Assembly: GCA_000004985.1 (NCBI GenBank) | Contig: GG738951.1 | Direction: 5' to 3' (one strand) | From: Naegleria gruberi | Lineage: Eukaryota | Length of the DNA stretch: 24,047 bases | Part shown: positions 9,477 through 18,160 of the stretch, piece by piece | How positions within the stretch are numbered: the first letter of the stretch is position 1 | Layout: every line of letters starts with the position of its first letter | Notes under the pieces: model-generated | What the model saw: the letters and a program-made list of their open reading frames with translations, nothing else | Databases searched by the model: none | What the model was told of the DNA's origin: nothing | Program-made: the position numbers and the translations under genes

Positions 9477-10682
9477 TCACTTCTTGATTTTAATTTTAGT
9501 TTCTAAATTTGAACAATTAATGAAAGATGTATTTTTAATAACATTATTTAAATCAACATTAAATTTAATTGATAAATAATTTAATTTTTTTAAATATTTT
9601 AAAAAGGAAATTGTTGTAACATTTTCAATTTTTAAATATTTTATATTTTCTAAAATAATATTATTATCATTTATATTAAAATTATTAATATAAATACTTT
9701 CTAAATTAAATATTACTGAATTTATATTATTTAATTGTAAATTACCCATATAAAAATGTTTTAAATTTTTTAAAGTTCCATTTAATAAATATTCCCAAAT
9801 TAATTCATTTTCTAATTTATATACAGCTATATTTATTTTTAATTTTAAAATATTTTGTAAATAAATTGATTCAAATAAATATTTTAATATATTTGGATTT
9901 TTAATAGAAATTTCTAAACTTTGTAAATTTTTAAATTTTTCTAACATTTCACATAATTGTTCATCAATTATTTTAGTATATTTAAAATGTTTTAAATTAT
10001 TTGGAATTAAACTTGTTATTATATTACAATCTATTAATTCTAAATCTTCTAAATATGGAAAATTAATATTTGTAAATATTGAATTATAACTTTCAATTGA
10101 TAAATTTTTTAATTTTAATTTTCTTAAATTACAAGTTATTAAATTATTAGGAATTTCAAATTTTAAATTTTTACTTGAATCAAATATTAATAAATTATTT
10201 AATTTGTTAAAATCTATAATTATATTATTATTTATATTGTCATTATTTTTAAATTTTAAAATTTCAAGTTGATTCCAATTTGTATTTAAAATTAAAGATT
10301 CAACATTTTCAAAATAATTTGAAATTTCGATAATTTTAATTAATTTTAAACATGATGGTTGATTTATAATTAAATTAATTAAATAATTAGATATTTTAAT
10401 ATTTTTAGATAAAATTAAATGAATTGAAGAAAATAAATTAGATTTCATTATATTAATAAATTCATCACTTAATTTAGTTCCATATTCGGATAATGATATT
10501 TGTTCATCATTTAATTTTGAATGTTTAAATATTTGATAATCATTACATTTTAATATAAATTTATATTCTTCAAATTTAAATCTAATTATTTTACATGTGT
10601 TACATAAATTAATCCATTCTTTTATTCCGTTAGTAAAGGGTATTATTTGATGGTAGAATATTTCTGATGGCAAGTTTTGCAT
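9477..10682 (-). CDS. F-box-like / leucine-rich-repeat (FNIP/LRR-type) protein
   Basis: The N-terminus MQNLPSEIFYHQIIPF fits the F-box LPxEI...I pattern. The body is built from 22-25-aa L/I/N-rich repeats (NLKxLxI..., IPNNLxxL...), typical of dictyostelid LRR/FNIP proteins. Confidence 0.55.
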   Translation of the reverse strand: MQNLPSEIFYHQIIPFTNGIKEWINLCNTCKIIRFKFEEYKFILKCNDYQIFKHSKLNDEQISLSEYGTKLSDEFINIMKSNLFSSIHLILSKNIKISNYLINLIINQPSCLKLIKIIEISNYFENVESLILNTNWNQLEILKFKNNDNINNNIIIDFNKLNNLLIFDSSKNLKFEIPNNLITCNLRKLKLKNLSIESYNSIFTNINFPYLEDLELIDCNIITSLIPNNLKHFKYTKIIDEQLCEMLEKFKNLQSLEISIKNPNILKYLFESIYLQNILKLKINIAVYKLENELIWEYLLNGTLKNLKHFYMGNLQLNNINSVIFNLESIYINNFNINDNNIILENIKYLKIENVTTISFLKYLKKLNYLSIKFNVDLNNVIKNTSFINCSNLETKIKIKK

Positions 10683-10717
10683 TTTTTTTAAAGTTGATCA
10701 AAATTCAATCACATAAA

Positions 10718-10788
10718 ACTTCTCTCGAAATTGAGTGATAATCAGAATTGAATAGCTGAATTGAATAGCTTCCCTTTAGAGAGAAGTT
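10718..10788. repeat. Palindromic element with an internal 13-bp tandem duplication, immediately upstream of the F-box/LRR ATG
   Basis: aacttctctc (10718-10727) and gagagaagtt (10779-10788) form a 10-bp perfect inverted repeat. gaattgaatagct is tandemly duplicated at 10745-10757 and 10758-10770. Confidence 0.6.
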
Positions 10789-11861
10789 ACATCATAAACA
10801 AAAATCGTCCAAAATTAATGCCAGTTATTGTGTGAAATAAAGGTAAGTGATTGGATGGGCAGTAGTATTAACTTATTATCAAGTTTAACATGGACGTCCT
10901 TTTCCTTCATTGAACTCAAGATCTTTCCAATCCTCGAAATCTGCCAAAGTTAATTGATCTTCTCCAGAAGTCTGTAAATGCAGTGACAGTCTAACACAGT
11001 GTTCTCTCTCGTTTGTTGTTAAAGTATACTCATGAAAACATGGTTGTGTAAGTGTATATCTATTGAATTCCGAAATGCGAACAGTGAGGGATATATTAGT
11101 GAATGTATGCAAACATCAACAGTGAACGATTATCCTTGTTCTATTATTCCAATTTAATAATGCTGTTTGAGATCCACTCTTGTTTGTATTCTAAGACTAT
11201 AGTAAATGTGTGATCATCACTATACCTGCCGCTTAACTCCTATGTTCCGTTTTCTAGATGTTAAAGAGTATTCCTATGCTCAAAGTTGACTATCTCCGAA
11301 AAAATAACTTAACTGTAAGCACATTACAATATTTAGGGGATTGTAAAGTCACTACCACTCAGCAGACTGTTTGCGATAGAACTAGCAAACTGCTTCCTAA
11401 GTTATTGTTTGTGTGTTTATACCAACTTGGCAATTGGAGGAGATCAGTTACAATAGAGAAGGAATGGAGATTGAATTTGGAGAATTGGCAGTTACTTCAT
11501 GAATAATTCTGAGTAAATTTACTTAGAAAAAATGTAAGTTGCCTTCCTAGATCTCAATCACTAGCAACATACAATGAATCCAACAAAAAAGCAAATTTAG
11601 AATAAAATGTGTATTTTGAGTAGTCGAACAAAGTTCCAGACCGAAATGTCAGCTGCTTCTAAGATACATGATCTTTCAATGAGAATAACCTAAGAGTGGA
11701 GTACTTGGGTAATAGACAGTGTAATAGTTGGTTTTTAGTTGGCTTTGTTCCCTCTAAACCCCATCCACAACCCTAATTTAATTTTCCCCAACTTCGAACG
11801 ATTTGGTTGGTTCGTTGGTTGGTAGTAGGTTGATTGTTGGGTAAAGGAATGAAATTGGTGG

Positions 11862-11949
11862 GTAACTATTCAATAAATATTCAGTAACCATTCAGTTATT
11901 ATATGGTAAACATTCAGTGACTATTCGGTGAACATTTAGTTTCTATGCG
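11862..11949. repeat. Four tandem 22-bp units (GTAACnATTCAGTnnnTATnnG), preceded by a GGTTGG-rich tract at 11795-11846
   Basis: The units are gtaactattcaataaatattca, gtaaccattcagttattatatg, gtaaacattcagtgactattcg and gtgaacatttagtttctatgcg. Upstream lies ggttggttcgttggttggtagtaggttgattgttggg. Confidence 0.6.
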
Positions 11950-12517
11950 GCTTTTAGTGTGTTGGTTCATTTGACTGAAAGTTTCCCTTAATTTACAATT
12001 TTCATAATTTGAGTAAAACTGATTAATTTATTTACAATTGTTGTGCTTCTTCTGAGTCTGATTGACCATTATCTGAATAAAGATCTGCACCATCTGATTC
12101 CATATCAAGCAAATTAATTGCGTCTGCTGAAGGTTGTGTTGCTCTTGTCAGGTTTTTTGATCCAATCTTTAACAAGTGTTAAAAAAACAACTTGTTCATC
12201 TTCTGCAACATAGCTCTGCAATGAAGAGAATTGACCATTGTTGGCTCTGACATGTTCTCTTGTTGGTGAAGAGGTAGAAGGTTGAATTTCTGTTGTTGAA
12301 TTGAGGATTGAACTCCTTCTATATATTAGAAACTTCGACATTGGAATTCTTCTTTCTTTTTGGCTTCTCTTTTTTCTTTAATTCTATTAGACTCTTTCTT
12401 TTAAAAGAACTCCACAGATTGCTGAATATCTTACTGACATTAACAATAGCTCTAATTAATTGTTGGAAAATAATTAATAAATAATTAAGGATAAACTTCA
12501 CTTAGAATACTTTGCAC

Positions 12518-12891
12518 TTATTTATATGTATCCGTTGACAATCCATTAACATGTTTTCTGCGCAATGTTTCACCAAAAGTTAATTGCAGACAATCTTTAC
12601 ATGAACTCATGGCAGTATCATTTTGGGGAATCCCTTTTCGCTTACAGTAAATTCGAATACATTGCATAACTTCTCTTTTTAATCTATATAAAATCAAATA
12701 ACTAACTAACAACTTGCTTACTTACGCTCGTTGAGTATCCTTCCATCCCACTGCAGCCTTGGGATAACAGTCAGCCAACTTTTCATATGTGGCTTCTGGT
12801 AAACATGTTATGGTTAATTTAGTCTTCTTCTTTGTTATTAGAATAATTTATGTTGAATAAATGGTGTTAAACTACTTACTTTTACGCACAT
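12518..12891 (-). CDS. Small spliced gene encoding a roughly 93-aa Cys-rich basic protein of unknown family. The proposed structure is join(12880..12891, 12726..12829, 12518..12683) on the minus strand, with a possible 5'-UTR intron and a 9-aa uORF upstream.
   Basis: Three GTAAGTA donors lie on the minus strand within 250 bp (plus 12719-12725, 12873-12879, 12960-12966). Each is followed by a short AT-rich segment ending in AG. The spliced frame reads MCVKKKTKLTITCLPEATYEKLADCYPKAAVGWKDTQRALKREVMQCIRIYCKRKGIPQNDTAMSSCKDCLQLTFGETLRRKHVNGLSTDTYK*. The introns are only 50 and 42 nt, and codon usage is non-host. Confidence 0.35.
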
Positions 12892-13031
12892 GATGGTGAT
12901 GATGCTGAAATGAAGTAAAATTGGCAGTTGATGGAAAAGTTACAAGGTTGATGTAGAATTACTTACCTGGCATTTATTGTGTTTTTTTGATTCGAATTTT
13001 CAGTCGAAAGCCAGTTTTTAGACGAAAAAAA

Positions 13032-13565
13032 ATGTCTTTACAAAATAACAAGGAACAAGGTATCTATTTTGAAAGACGCTGTGATTCTTGCAAGAAATCT
13101 TTACACACAGTATTTTACCAACCAATTTCAAGTGCAAAATTCAAGATTCAAATTAAATGTAACTGTGAAAACTCTGAGTGTAAAAATTTTACTAAGGAAA
13201 AACTTGGATGTTGTTTATGTGATTATAGTTGTGTCAAATCTGAAACGTTGTTGAAACATATTACAAAAGAACATTCCATCAAGTTTCCAAAAGTGTGTTG
13301 TGATAAACATTACACCACAATGGAGGAATACGTCGATCATATCAATTTTAAACATCAAACCAACACAAAGAGTGCAATAGAACATCAACCGTTAAAGAGA
13401 TTATGTTTATCTAAACCAGAAAAACCAGTAAAGCTCAGCTCCTCTGCAAATACATCTTTACAGCATGTCATTACTCCTCAAAATGATACATTGGAGTGCA
13501 AGAATGTCTTTCATTTGATCAAATTCAAACCAGATGTAAATATTTCAAAACTCAACAACCAATAA
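13032..13565 (+). CDS. C2H2 zinc-finger protein (177 aa), divergently oriented from the small Cys-rich gene with only about 60 bp between them
   Basis: The ATG sits in aaaaaaaATG context; the track start at 12987 is TTG. Finger 1, CCLCDYSCVKSETLLKHITKEH, fits C-x2-C-x12-H-x4-H. Finger 2, CCDKHYTTMEEYVDHINFKH, is finger-like. Further Cys clusters occur upstream (CDSCKKSLH, CNCENSECKNF). Confidence 0.45.
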   Translation: MSLQNNKEQGIYFERRCDSCKKSLHTVFYQPISSAKFKIQIKCNCENSECKNFTKEKLGCCLCDYSCVKSETLLKHITKEHSIKFPKVCCDKHYTTMEEYVDHINFKHQTNTKSAIEHQPLKRLCLSKPEKPVKLSSSANTSLQHVITPQNDTLECKNVFHLIKFKPDVNISKLNNQ

Positions 13566-13879
13566 TTGATGAAAATGATACTGAACAGGACCAATATGTA
13601 TACTATGGTGTTGTAAATTCAAACATTCATGCAACAACTGGCTATGTTGCACTAAATCAAATAATTGGTAAATGTTTGATTCATAGTATTGCAGGCAAAG
13701 AAATGTTCAACCAATACTCGTTTTTCATGAATTTCCATAAAGTTAAATTTTAAAAATAGAACATTTATTAATTTTTGGCTTTGGAGGTGTATTCAACAGC
13801 GTCCAGCTACCACTACCACCAACTACATCCACTCTTAGGATCAAAGAACAGAACTGAATCGTTTAATTCAATAATTTAT

Positions 13880-16861
13880 TTAAAGTTTTGATTGTTGTTT
13901 GTTGGAATCATTGTTAATAATTTCATGAGCAGCAATTCTTCCATAAACAACACATTCCAATAAACTATTACCAGCCAATCTATTTAAACCATGTAATCCA
14001 CCTGATGCTTCACCTGCAGTATATAAACCTTGAATTGGTTCAACAGTATTATCATTTGCAATTCTTCTTAAAACTCTTGCCTTTTCATCAAATAATAAAC
14101 CACCATGTGTATAGTGAATGGAAGGTGTAATTCTTGAAATATAAATGGTATCATTTAAATTAAATAGAGTTGGGAATAAATTCTTTCCAAAATCATCTAC
14201 AATTGAATTATTTAATTGATATTGATTATAAAAATGATTATAATTTTCAATAGTATTAATTAATTGTTGTAAATTTAAATGTTGTAATGATTCTTGATGA
14301 GCATGTTGTAAATTATTAAATTTCTTAATAAAACCTTTACCAATATAAAAAGATAATAAAGATTCACTAAAAGATTTAGCAACATGATCATTCATAATCA
14401 TATAAGCAGTAGTATGTCCATTTTCAATTTCAGATTTACAATTTTTAAATATCATATCAGAAACATAATCTCTTCTACCTAATTCATTACAAAATCTATT
14501 ACCATTCTCATTAACTATAATACCACCATAAGCACGTAATGCTTCAGCTGCTAAAAATACTGTCATACTTTTAGGATTTAATGGATCAATAAATCCAGTT
14601 GGATGTACTTGAATAGATTCCATATGTATTAATGAGGCTCCTAATTCTTTAACTGCCATTCTAATACCTTCTCCATTAGCAAATTTACCATTAGTAGTTG
14701 GTAATTTTGATAATTGTGGTGCATATTCTTTTAAATATCCTTCTCTATCTGCTGCATATCCACCTGTTGTTAATACAACTGATGATACTTTTAATTCTTT
14801 AACTTGTTGTTCTTTTAATTCTTTTAATTGTTCTGATTGTGATTCTTTTGATTGTTCTTTTGATTCTTGTTCAAGAGTAATATATTTAATACCTGTTACA
14901 ATTGTATTATTATTTTCATCAATTAAAGTTAAAAAACCAATCATTTTAGTACTTGTCATTACAGTAACTCTATCATTTAAATTATTCTTAATATAATTTA
15001 ATAATTTAAAAGTAATTTCAGCACCAACATTCATTGCACGTCCAACTTTAGGTGGAGCAGAACGATGTGTACGTGCCATTGAATGACCACCACATTGTGT
15101 TACTAATTCCATTCCAATACCATGATTTTCTAAAAATTCAATTGCACTTGTTGATTCTTTAACAAGTGTTGAAATTAATTTAGGATTACCTGCTTGTTTA
15201 CCTGATTTAGTAGTATCAGATATAAATAAATCAACTGTATCAGGAATTGATAATCTTTCCTGTGCTTTAGTTAATACTCCATTAATACCTGATGTTGCTT
15301 TAGCACTATTACCACCTGTACGTTCTTCTTTTTCAATTAAATAAACATAACCTCCTAATTCTGCAATTTCAATAGCTGCTGATAATCCTGCAAGTCCACC
15401 TCCAATCACTGCTACTTTTATTGGTGATGATGATGATTGATTAGTTGTAGATGTAGATTCAGTAGTGGTGGTGGATTGTGTAGTAGATTGTTCAACAGTT
15501 GGAGTGTCCATACTTGGTTGATTGGTAGTAGTGGTATCGGATTGTTTTTGATCACTTGTTGGAGTAGTAGTGATAGGTGTAGTAACCTCTTCTTGTTGTT
15601 GTTTAGTAGTAGTAGTAGGAGTGGTGCTAGTAGGAGTAGTTGTTGTTGGTTCTTCTTGTTGTTGTTGTTCAACTTTAGCCTTTGATTCTACTTGTTTGGT
15701 TTCAGCAGTAACTGTAGGGGTTGTTGTTGGAGTACTTGGAGTAGCAGCAGTAGTAGTAGTAGTTTCAGCTTGAGGTGTTGTTGTTGTAGTTGATGTGCTT
15801 GGTTGAGTGGTGGAAGTAGTGGTGGTTGTTGGGTTCAAATTTGGAATTTGTTTTTTATGAATCTTATTTTGGATAAATTCTAAAGCTTGTTCAAATTCAC
15901 TATTTAAATTTGTATAAATTTTAATCCTATCACTATTATTTAATAAAATATTATTTAAATTATTATTATTACTATCAATAATATTATCATCATAATTATA
16001 AAAATAATTAAATTCTTCAAATAATGTAATTGTATTTTGATTAATAGAATTATGAATACTATTATTATCATTTTCATTTAAATTATTTAAATTACAATGT
16101 TTTAATAATGGTAATAAAATAGATCTAGTAGGTAATATATTTGTAATTAATTTATATAATTTTTTAAATAAAATAGATGATGTCTTTTTACCTAATATTT
16201 TATTATAAATAATTGAAATTAATTTATGAATAGATTTATAATCTTTAATTAATTCAATTATTTTATCAATTGTAATCTTTTCATTAATAATTGAATTATT
16301 AATTGGTAATATTGGTGAAAATAAAACTATATTTTCAATATTTTCAATATTATTATTTAATTGTTGTAATTGTTTATAATATAATAAAGTATAAAAAGCA
16401 CCTAATTGATGACCAATTAAACTATATGAATTTAATTTTAATTCATTAACAATAGATTGAATAGAATTCATAATTAAATAATATTGTTCTTTAGAACATG
16501 AACAAGTATTTAAAGTATTATTGTTAGTATTTAAAAAAGATTGACCAATACCAGGTCTATCAAATTTAATTAATCTAATAGAATGTTTTTTAGCTAATTC
16601 ATCTTCATTTAAATGTCCATATGAAAGTGATCCAGGTGTAGGATGTAATTGAATAACTGCATGTCCATTCAAATCACCCAATTCAATATAGGCTATTTTA
16701 GATCCATCCTTTTCAATATATTTTAATTTATTACTAATATTACTATTTAATAATGATTCTGTATGTTTAGGATTTTTATATAAATTAACATTACTTGAAT
16801 ACAATAATGATAAGACTATTGCAATCAAGGCTGTTGTGAGAATAAGTAATTTACTCAACAT
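13880..16861 (-). CDS. 993-aa fusion protein. From N to C: signal peptide or signal anchor; alpha/beta-hydrolase fold domain with the nucleophile Ser replaced by Gln; mucin-like Thr/Pro/Ser/Gln linker; and a soluble FAD-dependent fumarate reductase (OSM1/FRDS, flavocytochrome-c-type flavoprotein).
   Basis: The N-terminus MLSKLLILTTALIAIVLSLLYSS is hydrophobic. HPTPGS and DRPGIGQS match alpha/beta-hydrolase boxes, but the elbow is GHQLG (codon caa at minus-strand 16408-16406). TTTTSTTQPSTSTTTTTPQAETTTTTAATPSTPTTTPT forms the linker. The C-terminal half matches yeast OSM1 closely: VAVIGGGLAGLSAAIE...GGNSAKATSGINGV, GGHSMARTHRS, LPTTNGKFANGEGI, IQVHPTGFIDP, FLAAEALRAYGG, HYTHGG, GLYTAGEASGGLHGLNRLAGNSLLECVVYG. 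Confidence 0.85.
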   Translation of the reverse strand: MLSKLLILTTALIAIVLSLLYSSNVNLYKNPKHTESLLNSNISNKLKYIEKDGSKIAYIELGDLNGHAVIQLHPTPGSLSYGHLNEDELAKKHSIRLIKFDRPGIGQSFLNTNNNTLNTCSCSKEQYYLIMNSIQSIVNELKLNSYSLIGHQLGAFYTLLYYKQLQQLNNNIENIENIVLFSPILPINNSIINEKITIDKIIELIKDYKSIHKLISIIYNKILGKKTSSILFKKLYKLITNILPTRSILLPLLKHCNLNNLNENDNNSIHNSINQNTITLFEEFNYFYNYDDNIIDSNNNNLNNILLNNSDRIKIYTNLNSEFEQALEFIQNKIHKKQIPNLNPTTTTTSTTQPSTSTTTTTPQAETTTTTAATPSTPTTTPTVTAETKQVESKAKVEQQQQEEPTTTTPTSTTPTTTTKQQQEEVTTPITTTPTSDQKQSDTTTTNQPSMDTPTVEQSTTQSTTTTESTSTTNQSSSSPIKVAVIGGGLAGLSAAIEIAELGGYVYLIEKEERTGGNSAKATSGINGVLTKAQERLSIPDTVDLFISDTTKSGKQAGNPKLISTLVKESTSAIEFLENHGIGMELVTQCGGHSMARTHRSAPPKVGRAMNVGAEITFKLLNYIKNNLNDRVTVMTSTKMIGFLTLIDENNNTIVTGIKYITLEQESKEQSKESQSEQLKELKEQQVKELKVSSVVLTTGGYAADREGYLKEYAPQLSKLPTTNGKFANGEGIRMAVKELGASLIHMESIQVHPTGFIDPLNPKSMTVFLAAEALRAYGGIIVNENGNRFCNELGRRDYVSDMIFKNCKSEIENGHTTAYMIMNDHVAKSFSESLLSFYIGKGFIKKFNNLQHAHQESLQHLNLQQLINTIENYNHFYNQYQLNNSIVDDFGKNLFPTLFNLNDTIYISRITPSIHYTHGGLLFDEKARVLRRIANDNTVEPIQGLYTAGEASGGLHGLNRLAGNSLLECVVYGRIAAHEIINNDSNKQQSKL
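15420..15840 (-). repeat. Low-complexity (ACT/ACC/AGT)n-type coding repeat, encoding the Thr/Pro-rich linker of the fusion protein
   Basis: Overlapping ORFs on both strands here are artefacts of the simple-sequence tract. Confidence 0.7.
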
Positions 16862-17152
16862 TTTTTTTTCACTTTTTATTGTTGATCAAATCCCTTTGTT
16901 GCTGCTTGTTGTATAAGTGATAGTAAGTGAAAGGGTACTATTTGAGACATTTGAACATTTTCGTAAGGTTTAAAAATAGTCAATAGATCGATGTTTGTTG
17001 TTGTTGTATTCAATCTTCATAATATAATTGTACTCAATTTTACTTTATTTTTCTCTCTTTTAAACTTCTCAAATAATCAATGTCATATAAAAATCAATAT
17101 AATAAAAATCAATATAATTCTTAAATAATATATATATTATATAAAAAAAAAT

Positions 17153-18016
17153 CTATTGTCTTGGTAAAATAGAATCTTTTAAATCTTGATTTTGTAACAT
17201 TGACCATTCTTGATCTGAAAAGATGAATAAATGAGAAGGTAAAGGTTTACCATTTGGTAATTTAACATTGGGTATTCTTAATTCATCAAAGAAAGGATGA
17301 GCTAAAGCATCCATTGGAGTAATTCTACGTTTTGGATCATATTGTAATAATTTTGTAATTAAATCAACACTATTATTCATTTCAATGAAAGGATCAATTT
17401 GTGAACCAGAATTTGAACCATTATTAGCTTGATAATTACGTTGTAAAAATTGAAATCTATCTGCAAAAACTTGATCCCATGGATTTGGTTTAACTTGTGG
17501 AAATTTAAATTCAGTATAATTCTTATTCATTGCTAAAATATCTTGTTTAGAAGGAGCACCTAATACTTTAATAATTTCAACTAATTGATCAACTGAACTT
17601 TCACCTTGAAATAAAGGAGTACCTAACATTAATTCACCCATAACACATCCACATGACCATACATCAACTGAACAAGTATATTTTGTTGATTGAAATATTA
17701 ATTCAGGTGCTCTATAATATCTTGAACAAATATATGATACGTTAGGTTCTCCTTCTTTTAATTGTTTTGCATTTCCAAAATCACATAATTTTAAAATTCC
17801 ACTCACTGGATCTATTAATAAATTTTGTGGTTTTATATCACGATGACAAATACCAAGTGAATGTATATATATCACTGAACGTAATAATTGAAATACAAAT
17901 AATTTAACATAAATACTTGGTACATAGGAATTATGTTTAGCATAATTCATACAAAATCTATAAACTGTATCAGGTACATATTCTAATACTAAATTTAAAT
18001 ATACTTCTTCTGGATC
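17153..18016 (-). CDS. gskA: Glycogen synthase kinase-3, exon 2 (kinase subdomains V-XI and C-terminal tail)
   Basis: [20 protein letters not shown]...[19 protein letters not shown]...[12 protein letters not shown]...[19 protein letters not shown]...[15 protein letters not shown]...[15 protein letters not shown] matches GSK-3beta almost residue for residue. The acceptor ...AAAATAATAG lies at 18017-18020. Confidence 0.9.
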   Translation of the reverse strand, partial: DPEEVYLNLVLEYVPDTVYRFCMNYAKHNSYVPSIYVKLFVFQLLRSVIYIHSLGICHRDIKPQNLLIDPVSGILKLCDFGNAKQLKEGEPNVSYICSRYYRAPELIFQSTKYTCSVDVWSCGCVMGELMLGTPLFQGESSVDQLVEIIKVLGAPSKQDILAMNKNYTEFKFPQVKPNPWDQVFADRFQFLQRNYQANNGSNSGSQIDPFIEMNNSVDLITKLLQYDPKRRITPMDALAHPFFDELRIPNVKLPNGKPLPSHLFIFSDQEWSMLQNQDLKDSILPRQ

Positions 18017-18160
18017 CTATTATTTTAAATTGTTTTAAATTGTTTTTTAAATATTATTATAGATATAAATATTATTATTATAAATATTATTATTATTAAA
18101 AATATTAAAATTATTAAAAATATTAAAATTATTAAAAATATTATAAATATAAAAACTTAC

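Larger units (their letters stand above)
10690..13870. other. Second compositionally atypical block (higher GC, host-rare codons). It fills the entire intergenic space between the F-box/LRR gene start and the fumarate-reductase gene stop. It is a candidate degenerate transposon or foreign island.
   Basis: No poly-N/Q tracts are present. CCC, CGA, GGG and CTG codons occur in its ORFs. It contains internal repeats and frameshifted ORF fragments, for example a minus-strand three-frame coding trace at 12040-12500 ending ...DAINLLDMESDGADLYSDNGQSDSEEAQQL*. Confidence 0.4.

Noticed and set aside
10885-11506. ORFs 10885..11112 (-) and 11258..11506 (+) in the atypical block
   Set aside because: Short, with no recognisable motif. 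If real, they are probably fragments of a decayed element ORF. They are mentioned only under the block-level feature.
13496-13753. 85-aa ORF overlapping the end of the C2H2 ORF in another frame
   Set aside because: It could be a frameshifted continuation of the zinc-finger gene. No motif or splice signal supports joining it.
15418-15773. Three overlapping ORFs (15418..15672 -, 15437..15685 +, 15570..15773 +) giving poly-Leu/Val/Ser proteins
   Set aside because: All lie in the (ACN)n simple-sequence tract encoding the Thr/Pro linker of the fumarate-reductase fusion. Any frame is open in such a repeat.
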